From Candidatus Nanoarchaeia archaeon (lineage in GTDB: Archaea > Nanobdellota > Nanobdellia > Pacearchaeales > GW2011-AR1), in the NCBI GenBank assembly GCA_035290465.1, contig DATDUI010000037.1, positions 1-38,703 on the forward strand: 38,703 bases of DNA, given 5' to 3'. Positions 31,846 through 38,703 of this stretch are shown here, piece after piece (position 1 is the first letter of the stretch; each line of letters starts with the position of its first letter). Under the pieces are notes generated by a model. It saw only the letters and a list, made by a program, of their open reading frames with translations, did not search any database and was not told where the DNA came from. The translations under genes were made by a program, and so were the position numbers.

Positions 31846-32631
31846 ATGGAATTTAAAAAATTATTTCCGGATATGAAAAAATGGCATTTATTCGTAAAAA
31901 TAATTCCAATCTTAATTGCGATTCTTATATTAAAATTACTTTTTCATAACTATAATCTTGAAATTGTTACCCTAAATGCATTATTTACAAGTTTAATCGC
32001 TGCAACAACTTTTCTTATAGGATTTTTAATTTCAGGAGTTATTTCAGATTATAAAGAAAGCGAAAAAATCCCCGGAGAAATGGCTGTAAGTTTAGAAGTA
32101 ATATATGACGAAGCATATATTTTAGATAAAAATAAAGGGAACAAATTAACCAAAGAATTTATTGTATACTATAAAGATTTTTTAAAATCCTTAAATGAAT
32201 GGTTTTATCGAAAAGAAAGAACAAAAAATATGATTGAAAAATTACATAACATGAATGATTACTTTTCAGAATTTGAAAGTTTGATGCAAGCAGGTTTCCT
32301 TTTAAGAATGAAAAACGAACAAAATAATCTTCGAAGAATGATAATCCGGGTAGACAACATTCGGGATTTATCTTTTGTTCAGTCAGCGTATGCTATTGTA
32401 GAAACATTAGCTTTTTTCGTTGTATTTGGATTATTAATTATAAAAGTAGATCCATTCTACGAATCAGTATTTTTCACACTAGTAGTATCTTTCTTAGTAA
32501 TATACATGATCTTTTTAATTAGAGATTTAGATAATCCTTTTGATTATTCAGAAAATGGTGAAAGCGGAACAGAAGTTTCATTAAAACCTATTCATGATTT
32601 AACCAATAGAATGATTGAAAATAAGAAATAA
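31846..32631 (+). CDS. Membrane protein with 2 TM + helical cytoplasmic domain + 2 TM (bestrophin/DUF4239-like topology, tentative)
   Basis: Hydrophobic helices occur at residues of about 14-34, 42-66, 191-211 and 215-236. A consensus leaderless promoter lies upstream. Confidence 0.6.
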   Translation: MEFKKLFPDMKKWHLFVKIIPILIAILILKLLFHNYNLEIVTLNALFTSLIAATTFLIGFLISGVISDYKESEKIPGEMAVSLEVIYDEAYILDKNKGNKLTKEFIVYYKDFLKSLNEWFYRKERTKNMIEKLHNMNDYFSEFESLMQAGFLLRMKNEQNNLRRMIIRVDNIRDLSFVQSAYAIVETLAFFVVFGLLIIKVDPFYESVFFTLVVSFLVIYMIFLIRDLDNPFDYSENGESGTEVSLKPIHDLTNRMIENKK

Positions 32632-32641
32632 CCATTATATA

Positions 32642-32664
32642 AAAACATATAAGATTTTATAAAT
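32642..32664 (+). repeat. 23-bp exact repeat AAAACATATAAGATTTTATAAAT, copy 1 (contains a TATA box)
   Basis: It is identical to 34662..34684. Its TTTTATAAA core is centred about 27 nt upstream of ATG 32686. Confidence 0.85.
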
Positions 32665-32685
32665 TTAAATAACATTAAGTTTTTT

Positions 32686-33051
32686 ATGTGTTCCAGCATA
32701 GTAATGCATTTTCCTAACCTTCAATTAAGTTATTCTTATAATGGATGTTTATATCGACGTGATTGGAAGACTAAAGAATCAATATGCTCTTCAGTTAAGA
32801 TTAACCCTAATTATTTTATAGAATTTGCACAGGATAATAATAATTTATATGTTGCCACATGGGAAGAGATTTTAGCAATAGATGTTAAAAAAGATAATTC
32901 AATCTGGAATACAAAATTAAAACGTATAATGTTTAATAATCCTGATTTTCAATTAGTAAGCGATTCAAAAGGATTAAGAAAATTAATATTAGCTGAAAAT
33001 CGAACAATGATTTTTATTAATCCAAAAAATGGTAAAGAAATTCATTTTTAG
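32686..33051 (+). CDS. Hypothetical protein, possibly a short beta-propeller (PQQ-like repeat) fragment
   Basis: NNLYVATWEEILAIDVKKDNSIWNTKL resembles a PQQ-type blade. The promoter geometry supports expression. Confidence 0.45.
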   Translation: MCSSIVMHFPNLQLSYSYNGCLYRRDWKTKESICSSVKINPNYFIEFAQDNNNLYVATWEEILAIDVKKDNSIWNTKLKRIMFNNPDFQLVSDSKGLRKLILAENRTMIFINPKNGKEIHF

Positions 33052-33066
33052 TCTTTATTAAATAAG

Positions 33067-33075
33067 TATATAAAA
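33067..33075 (+). promoter_or_regulatory. TATA-like box TATATAAAA for the permease gene
   Basis: The box is centred about 28 nt upstream of ATG 33099. Confidence 0.45.
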
Positions 33076-33098
33076 TAATTCTAAGTAGAAAGATAATA

Positions 33099-34337
33099 AT
33101 GATAATACCAATAATCATTTTAGCGATTGTATTTACACTTATCGCTGTAAGACAAATCGGCAATATAAAACTTCAAATTTGGCAGATAATGTTATTTGGA
33201 GCAATAGCTGTTTTAATAACCGGTCAAATAACTTTTCTTGACGCATTTAAATCTATTAATTTAGAAATAATGTTATTTTTATTTAGCATGTTCATAATTG
33301 GCACTGCACTTGAAGAAAGCGGTTATCTTTCACACCTATCATATAAAATATTTAAAAAAGCAAAAAATACAAATCAATTATTATTATTTATTTTATTTGG
33401 AATGGGATTAGGCTCTGCACTTTTAATGAACGACACATTAGCAATAATCGGAACACCAATGATTTTGCTTCTTGCTAAAAAACATGACATGAATCCTAAA
33501 GCTCTATTAATTGCATTAGCATTTGCAATAACAATAGGTAGTGTTCTAAGTCCAATTGGAAACCCCCAAAATTTTTTAATTGCAACACAAGGAAATATTG
33601 ACAGCCCTTTTGTAACTTTTTTAAAATATCTATTTTTACCGACAATTATAAATTTATTTTTTGCTTTTTTATTAATAAAACTTTTTTATAAAGAACAATT
33701 TAATAAAAGTTCATTAAATCATTCTTCGGAAACAATCAAGGATTCTAACCTCGCATATTTATCAAAAATTTCCCTAGGTTTATTATTAATATTAATATTA
33801 ATTAAAATAATCGTAGCATTTCTAAATATACCGATAGATTTTAAATTAGTATATATAACCCTCATATCTGCATTACCCATTTTAATCTTTAGCCAAAAAA
33901 GAATTTTGATAATAAAAAAAGTAGATTGGCATACATTAATCTTTTTTGCTTCAATGTTTGTTTTAATGGAATGTGTTTGGAATACCGGATTTTTCCAGTT
34001 AATAATCGCGAATTTAAATATCAATATCCTCTCTATACCGATGATTTTAGCAGTAAGCGTATTATTAAGCCAATTAATCTCAAATGTTCCGTTAGTAGCA
34101 CTATATTTACCCATTCTTTCAAATGCCGGTGCAACAACAACAGAAATGATGGCATTAGCTGCAGGAAGTACCATCGCGGGTAATTTATTGATTCTTGGTG
34201 CAGCAAGTAATATTATAATCATCCAAAACGCAGAAAAAAAATCCGGAGAAACAATAACTTTCTTGGAATTTGCAAAAATAGGTATTCCAATGACAATAAT
34301 AAATATCTTAATTTATTGGTTCTTTTTTATAATTTAA
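33099..34337 (+). CDS. ArsB/NhaD-superfamily anion permease (CitMHS/SLC13-like)
   Basis: It is polytopic. The motifs LMNDTLAIIGTPMILLLAKK and IGSVLSPIGNPQNFLIA are typical of ArsB_NhaD permeases. Confidence 0.8.
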   Translation: MIIPIIILAIVFTLIAVRQIGNIKLQIWQIMLFGAIAVLITGQITFLDAFKSINLEIMLFLFSMFIIGTALEESGYLSHLSYKIFKKAKNTNQLLLFILFGMGLGSALLMNDTLAIIGTPMILLLAKKHDMNPKALLIALAFAITIGSVLSPIGNPQNFLIATQGNIDSPFVTFLKYLFLPTIINLFFAFLLIKLFYKEQFNKSSLNHSSETIKDSNLAYLSKISLGLLLILILIKIIVAFLNIPIDFKLVYITLISALPILIFSQKRILIIKKVDWHTLIFFASMFVLMECVWNTGFFQLIIANLNINILSIPMILAVSVLLSQLISNVPLVALYLPILSNAGATTTEMMALAAGSTIAGNLLILGAASNIIIIQNAEKKSGETITFLEFAKIGIPMTIINILIYWFFFII

Positions 34338-34399
34338 AATAAAAATTTCGCTTTTTATATAAGAGAAATATTTAAAATATCGAAAAATGTATCTTTATA

Positions 34400-34663
34400 A
34401 TGGTAATTTTAAATACTTTAATAACATTTCTTTATGTATGTACAGGAATAATCTCAATTATAGCATATTTTCCAACAATAAGAGATTTAAACAAGAAAAT
34501 CGCAAGTGCTAATATAAGTTCATATTTTCTTTGGACATTAACAACAGGAGTTTCATTTTTATATGCTTTAGTAATAATTTCAGACCTTTTGTTAATAATT
34601 ATTACCGGTTTAAGTTTTGTATGTTGCATGACAATATTAACCTTAGTATTTAAATTAAAATAA
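34400..34663 (+). CDS. Small 3-TM membrane protein (SemiSWEET/PQ-loop-like size and topology, tentative)
   Basis: It is 87 aa with three helices. YFPTIRDL occupies the position of a PQ motif. A TATA-like ATATTTAAAATA lies about 25 nt upstream. Confidence 0.5.
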   Translation: MVILNTLITFLYVCTGIISIIAYFPTIRDLNKKIASANISSYFLWTLTTGVSFLYALVIISDLLLIIITGLSFVCCMTILTLVFKLK

Positions 34664-34684
34664 AACATATAAGATTTTATAAAT
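34662..34684 (+). repeat. 23-bp exact repeat AAAACATATAAGATTTTATAAAT, copy 2
   Basis: It is identical to 32642..32664 and overlaps the stop codon of gene 34400..34663. ATG ATG at 34705/34708 follows at leaderless distance and opens only a 19-codon ORF. Confidence 0.85.
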
Positions 34685-34765
34685 AGTAAAATCATATCAA
34701 TTATATGATGAGGGTAATTGAAAAAAAATTTATTAATAAAATAAATTTTTTTCAGTTTATTTAAA

Positions 34766-36133
34766 ATGCCAAATCAAATTGATTATTTGAATTCTTTTAA
34801 TCAAGGTTTAATAAATTATAACAATTCATTCCAAGAATTAATAAAACCATTAACTGCTAAATTTATTTTAGAGCAATTAAACAATCCAACTTATCTTTCT
34901 CCTTCTGATTTTATCAAATTAAATAGCTTAACATATGATTTATTAGCTCAAAGTTTTAATGGATCTTTAAGAGATTCTCTGCAATATGTTAATCAATCTG
35001 TAGAGATTATGAATTTTGAGGGAATGGATGAATTTTTGAAAAAAGAGAGTACATTAATTGATTTAATTATTAAAACACTTCCCAAAAAAATTCAAGGGAT
35101 TGAAAAAGATTTCGGATTTCATTTTGATAATGGAAAATATAATCATTCTTATGAAACAAATTGTTTTGATTTTTATCAGGTTTTACCTAATAAAGAAGGA
35201 ATAGAAACAAAAGGAAAACCTTTATTGATTAGCCCTCCTTATGTTTTAGGTCCTGATATTTTAGCATTTTTACCTAATGAAGGAAAAAGTTTTGTGCATG
35301 AATTTGCAAATAATGGAATCCCAACTTATATTCGAATTATTAAACCAATTTTAAAAACACCTTCTGTTCAAACAATGTCCCTCGAAGATGAATGTAGAGA
35401 AACAAAAGAATTCTGTAATCGATTATTAAAAACTCATAATCAACAGGTAACTTTAGCAGGTTATTGCCAAAGTGGATTTACAGCAATGTTAAGCTGTCTT
35501 TCCGGAAAACTTGAAAAAGAAGTTGATGCATTAATTACATTTGTCTCGCCAATGGATGGAACTAAAAGTACTGGGATAAATAAATATTTAATTGGTCTTC
35601 CAGATTCGTTTAAAAGTTTAAAATATGCAACAAGAATTTTACCGAATGGAAATACAATAATTGACGGGAGTGCAGTAAGTGCATTGTATCGATTAAAAAG
35701 TATGGCAACTGAATCACCCATTTCAACATTTTTAAGAGATGTTCAAATGATTAGAAAAACCGGTGAAATTTCAAATACAATGATTGGATTAAATAGATGG
35801 TTAGCTTCATACAAAGAAATTGATTTACCTAAAAAAATAATTGAAACCGCAGATATCTCTTATGCTGTACCAATAACATCACAAGGAGATTTACCGATAA
35901 AATTATTCAATAAAAAATTAAATTTTAAAGATATTGATAAATATCTTAAATATTGTCAATTAAATATTTCAACATTAGATAATTTGGTTGAACCAGAATG
36001 TGCTAGAATTCCAAAAGAATTTTCTAAAATAGTTGAAGTTATTGAACATAAAACCGGTCATGTTGGAATTGCACTTAGCCCACAAAAATTTCTTGGACCT
36101 GCAATAGAATTTCATAAAAATTTATCTAAATAG
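34766..36133 (+). CDS. Alpha/beta-hydrolase of the class-III PHA synthase (PhaC) type
   Basis: The lipase-box-like motif is LAGYCQSGFTAMLSCL (G-x-C-x-G). ITFVSPMDG, TLDNLVEP and HKTGHVGIALSP parallel the Cys-Asp-His catalytic positions of class III PhaC as I recall them. Confidence 0.65.
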   Translation: MPNQIDYLNSFNQGLINYNNSFQELIKPLTAKFILEQLNNPTYLSPSDFIKLNSLTYDLLAQSFNGSLRDSLQYVNQSVEIMNFEGMDEFLKKESTLIDLIIKTLPKKIQGIEKDFGFHFDNGKYNHSYETNCFDFYQVLPNKEGIETKGKPLLISPPYVLGPDILAFLPNEGKSFVHEFANNGIPTYIRIIKPILKTPSVQTMSLEDECRETKEFCNRLLKTHNQQVTLAGYCQSGFTAMLSCLSGKLEKEVDALITFVSPMDGTKSTGINKYLIGLPDSFKSLKYATRILPNGNTIIDGSAVSALYRLKSMATESPISTFLRDVQMIRKTGEISNTMIGLNRWLASYKEIDLPKKIIETADISYAVPITSQGDLPIKLFNKKLNFKDIDKYLKYCQLNISTLDNLVEPECARIPKEFSKIVEVIEHKTGHVGIALSPQKFLGPAIEFHKNLSK

Positions 36134-36201
36134 AATTTGAATAATAAAAATTTATTCAATAAATATAAAAAAAGAAAAATAAAAAAAAGAAATTTTAGTT
36201 T

Positions 36202-37104
36202 TTAACTATATACCGTTGTACTTTCTGGATAAAATCTTACTTGTACTAGTTTTGTACCTTGGTTATAATAATCCCATCCATATACTACCAAATCAGCAAT
36301 ATCAAAAACCCATGCATCATCGAAGTATTGGCAGTTGAATTCTAAATAATAATTCAAGTCTTCTGTATTAAAGACTCCATCATTATTGAAATCAATACCT
36401 GCAAGGTCATCCATTGTAATTTCACCATCGTTATTGGTATCATACAAATCATCACATGCATAACCTGTCCAATAAAACATATCGGTTATAGGTTGTGCTT
36501 GATTTTTGCCTCTTACAGGTGCAATTCTTGTAAGCTTTGTTTCATCCAAAGTAAATGCACCATTTGCTGTAACAACTCCTAATTCCATTAATGATTCAGC
36601 ACTGCAATCAATAAAACTACCAAAGCCATCAATTGGAGCTGTTTCATTATCGTTACAGGCATCAACTATTTTCGGATAAAACACAACACTTCGTTCTTCA
36701 CCAGTTTTTTGATTGCCCGGTTTTCCAAGGACTCTTGCATAAACTTGGTATTTTCCACTAGGTAACTGTATCTTTGCAGGGTCACTTTCACCCATTGCAC
36801 AAGGATCAATTACAGATAATTCTGAAAGAGAAGATTTTCTATTCATAATATATTGAATTTCAGAATATCCATATTCTTTCACAAAAATTGAACTTCCATC
36901 AGAACTTGGATTACATGCAAAAGAATCACTCTTTCCATGTATATTCAAATTAAAATGTGGTCCACTTGGAAATCCATTACTCCAACTTTGAACTGCTTCA
37001 GATTTTTCAGCGTTAGTAAAATCCATAGAGTACAAGCCGGCAATAATAAGTACCAATACCGCAAGTAAAAAACTACTTAACAAAACGTGTTTTTTATTTA
37101 CCAT
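36202..37104 (-). CDS. Secreted protein with a C-terminal dockerin/EF-hand-like Ca-binding repeat pair
   Basis: I trimmed the ORF to ATG 37104, which has a GAGGTGA SD and opens a signal/anchor (MVNKKHVLLSSFLLAVLVLIIAG). DTNNDGEITMDD and DFNNDGVFNTED fit DxNxDGxhxxxD loops. Confidence 0.7.
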   Translation of the reverse strand: MVNKKHVLLSSFLLAVLVLIIAGLYSMDFTNAEKSEAVQSWSNGFPSGPHFNLNIHGKSDSFACNPSSDGSSIFVKEYGYSEIQYIMNRKSSLSELSVIDPCAMGESDPAKIQLPSGKYQVYARVLGKPGNQKTGEERSVVFYPKIVDACNDNETAPIDGFGSFIDCSAESLMELGVVTANGAFTLDETKLTRIAPVRGKNQAQPITDMFYWTGYACDDLYDTNNDGEITMDDLAGIDFNNDGVFNTEDLNYYLEFNCQYFDDAWVFDIADLVVYGWDYYNQGTKLVQVRFYPESTTVYS

Positions 37105-37106
37105 AT

Positions 37107-37113
37107 TCACCTC
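37107..37113 (-). promoter_or_regulatory. Shine-Dalgarno GAGGTGA for ATG 37104
   Basis: The minus strand reads TTTGAGGTGAATATG. Confidence 0.5.
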
Positions 37114-37162
37114 AAATTTAATTAAAAATAATAATCTTTTGTTGCTTATAAATATTTTTATA

Positions 37163-37180
37163 ATACGAATATATTCGTAT
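37163..37180. promoter_or_regulatory. Perfect 18-bp palindrome ATACGAATATATTCGTAT
   Basis: The two 9-bp half-sites have no spacer. It lies 8 nt downstream of the stop of gene 37188..37760 and just upstream of a TATA-like TTTATAAG (minus strand, 37145..37152) for the 37104 gene. Confidence 0.6.
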
Positions 37181-37187
37181 AGATTAA

Positions 37188-37760
37188 TCATTCATTCTTT
37201 GATTTTAAATTAATCTCCTCAATTTCTAGCAAACTATTAACAATAGCTCTTTTAACTTCAGGATGTTTTACTTCCAATCCATCAATAAAATCAGTGATTT
37301 TATCTGTCTTAATTTTTTTATCTTTAAATTTTAATCCTTTAATTTTTGCATAAAGTAAAATTTCTTTATCGGTAAATAAATAAAGAGGCTTAATAATTTT
37401 TCCAATCTTTGGAGAAGATTCATTTAATTTTGAACTATTTCCGTTAATAATTGTCTTAATAATTGCGTGAGATTCAACATCGACATTAAAAGAAATAGCA
37501 ACTTTAGTTGAGTCCTTGAAAGGTAACTTAACAACCTTTATCATTCCCCTGTTTGTAAAAATCTTTAAAATATCTTCTAATACAACATCTTTAACATCAT
37601 TAGATTTTTTATATGCAATAGTATCATTTGGTTTAATTAAATCAAACTTTCGATTAATATAAAGAACTTTTTTGTCAAAATATTTAATAAAACAAATTTT
37701 GCAAAGCTTTCGTTTGTTTGTAAATTCATATACCGGGTTTAGTTCACATTGTTTGCACAT
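37188..37760 (-). CDS. Short TtuA/Ncs6-like protein with an N-terminal Zn finger but a degenerate PP-loop
   Basis: CKQC...CKIC followed by FDKKV matches the TtuA/Ncs6 N-terminus. KPLYLFTDKEILLYAKIKGL and LEVKHPEVKRAIVNS match the C-terminal part. The SGGxDS position reads KKSNDVKD. Confidence 0.55.
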   Translation of the reverse strand: MCKQCELNPVYEFTNKRKLCKICFIKYFDKKVLYINRKFDLIKPNDTIAYKKSNDVKDVVLEDILKIFTNRGMIKVVKLPFKDSTKVAISFNVDVESHAIIKTIINGNSSKLNESSPKIGKIIKPLYLFTDKEILLYAKIKGLKFKDKKIKTDKITDFIDGLEVKHPEVKRAIVNSLLEIEEINLKSKNE

Positions 37761-37763
37761 TTT

Positions 37764-38651
37764 TTATTTAGTTTTTTTTGATTTTTTAGTTTTTGTATTA
37801 TTTACTTCTTCTTTAATCATTTTGGTTATTTCTTCTTTAGTCATATTTTCTACTTTAGGAATCTCCGAATCTTCTTTTTTTAAACTTGTTGAATCAATCT
37901 CCTGAATTTTTGAAAAAAAGTTGGTTAATTTAAATCCAATATTAATAAATTTTAATCCAATTCCTAAAATTAAAACACTAAGACCTATAATAAACATAAT
38001 TAAAAAAACATTATATGACCTAATAAAAAATATTGGTAAAAAATTCATAATTGATTCCGGAGAAATAAGAGATAATAATGAATTAATTTTCATAAAAGGC
38101 AAAGAAGAAAATATAATCAATCCTCCTAAAATAATCATAAAATTTGATTTTTGTTCAGTTAATAAAAAACTCAGGATGATTAAACCAATTGTAATCATTA
38201 AAATAAGATAAAATTTACTCTTCCAATAATCTTTAGCTTTTTCTGAAACTAAAACAAAAGGTTTATCTGCTAATTTAACACATTCCCAAAAATTACAATC
38301 ATATTCTTCATAATACATTTGCGTAACTAAATTTGCAATTCCATATTTAATCACTTCTTCAGGACCTAACAAGATATTTTCACATGGTATCACGAATGTA
38401 TAACCCTCTTGAGCAAAAACATACTCTGAATTATTTTGGCAATAAGTTGTCATTAAATAAAAATCTTTATTAACACTTTCAAATAAACCTAATTCATTAT
38501 TTGCTAAATCTTCAACTAATGTAATCATTTGCGGTTTAACTGTTTCATATTCAAGTGACCATGATAAAGTCAAAAAAATATTTCCAATAAATAATGATAA
38601 AAATAATAAAATGCTTACACCAATTAATAAAATACTACGTATAAAACCCAT
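37764..38651 (-). CDS. Membrane protein (N-terminal TM, Cys-containing ectodomain, 3-4 C-terminal TM helices, Lys-rich tail)
   Basis: It is a 295-aa ORF with a consensus leaderless promoter upstream. I recognise no family. Confidence 0.65.
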   Translation of the reverse strand: MGFIRSILLIGVSILLFLSLFIGNIFLTLSWSLEYETVKPQMITLVEDLANNELGLFESVNKDFYLMTTYCQNNSEYVFAQEGYTFVIPCENILLGPEEVIKYGIANLVTQMYYEEYDCNFWECVKLADKPFVLVSEKAKDYWKSKFYLILMITIGLIILSFLLTEQKSNFMIILGGLIIFSSLPFMKINSLLSLISPESIMNFLPIFFIRSYNVFLIMFIIGLSVLILGIGLKFINIGFKLTNFFSKIQEIDSTSLKKEDSEIPKVENMTKEEITKMIKEEVNNTKTKKSKKTK

Positions 38652-38671
38652 AAATCTTTAATGTTTTGTGG

Positions 38672-38681
38672 ATTTATAAAA
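38672..38681 (-). promoter_or_regulatory. TATA box (minus-strand TTTTATAAAT) for gene 37764..38651
   Basis: The box is centred 25-26 nt upstream of ATG 38651. Confidence 0.5.
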
Positions 38682-38703
38682 GTTAAGGAGAATGAAACTT
38701 TCA

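Noticed and set aside
33719-34222. ORFs 33719..34222 (-) and 33926..34183 (+) inside the permease gene; likewise 9803..10021, 10862..11068, 12744..13001, 13233..13442, 14626..14871, 16695..16880, 23992..24183, 24889..25110, 25715..25936, 28913..29098, 35461..35721, 37672..37905 and 37921..38211
   Set aside because: All are nested in or antisense to longer ORFs that carry family motifs or signal peptides. None has its own promoter geometry. I treat them as shadow ORFs.
34432-34695. Minus-strand 87-aa ORF, the exact mirror of 34400..34663 (+)
   Set aside because: Only one of the two can be real. The plus-strand version gives three clean TM helices and has a TATA-like box about 25 nt upstream. 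The minus-strand version is Lys/Ile/Asn-rich and has no promoter.
37105-37191. N-terminal extension of the dockerin-like ORF (listed start 37191)
   Set aside because: The extension spans the 18-bp palindrome, a TATA-like box and a GAGGTGA SD. The signal peptide begins at the Met encoded at 37104. The ATGA overlap with the upstream stop made me hesitate, so some uncertainty remains.
1-38703. Search by eye for CRISPR arrays, rRNA or tRNA genes, and transposase or integrase genes
   Set aside because: I found no regularly spaced direct repeats of 24-40 nt, no conserved rRNA or tRNA strings with a foldable context, and no DDE, tyrosine or serine recombinase motifs in any listed ORF.

Overview
This is a very AT-rich 38.7-kb window that reads as part of a small-genome, DPANN-type archaeon. 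That assignment is an inference from four things: archaeal TATA boxes centred about 25-27 nt upstream of first-gene ATGs (leaderless mRNAs), Shine-Dalgarno sites mostly at operon-internal genes, a single-chain PriS-PriL primase, and many secreted or anchored surface proteins. I found no rRNA, tRNA or CRISPR array by eye. All family names come from motif recognition by eye, not from searches.

Content from left to right:
(1) A 5'-partial primase whose catalytic motif II is split by an intein; only the last 36 intein residues are in the window.
(2) A PIN-like nuclease and an M18 aminopeptidase.
(3) A large surface protein with Cys-rich stalk modules and a proline-rich cytoplasmic tail.
(4) A 1.45-kb two-gene nucleotidyltransferase cassette bracketed by a perfect 118-bp direct repeat that duplicates the 3' end of the neighbouring gene. 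No recombinase is present.
(5) An AlaE-like membrane gene with an in-frame TAG.
(6) A glycoprotein gene with a structured leader.
(7) An AAA+ (DUF4143-type) ATPase, a wHTH-nucleotidyltransferase and a HEPN protein.
(8) A roughly 10-kb surface-glycosylation island with two GT-C enzymes, a flippase-like protein, an acetyltransferase, a GT4 and a GT2. A RusA-like resolvase gene is translationally coupled inside it.
(9) A divergent promoter region with five helically phased TTATCC boxes, feeding a three-gene surface module that includes a (GY)8 protein.
(10) A ComEA-like surface DNA-binding protein.
(11) An AbiEi/AbiEii module and a second HEPN/NTase pair.
(12) An ArsB/NhaD permease, a class-III-PhaC-like synthase, a dockerin-like secreted protein and a degenerate TtuA/Ncs6-like protein.

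The best candidates for something new are the repeat-bracketed NTase cassette, the RusA-like gene inside the glycosylation operon, the phased TTATCC array, the ATPase-NTase-HEPN trio, and the shared Cys-rich stalk module of the surface proteins.
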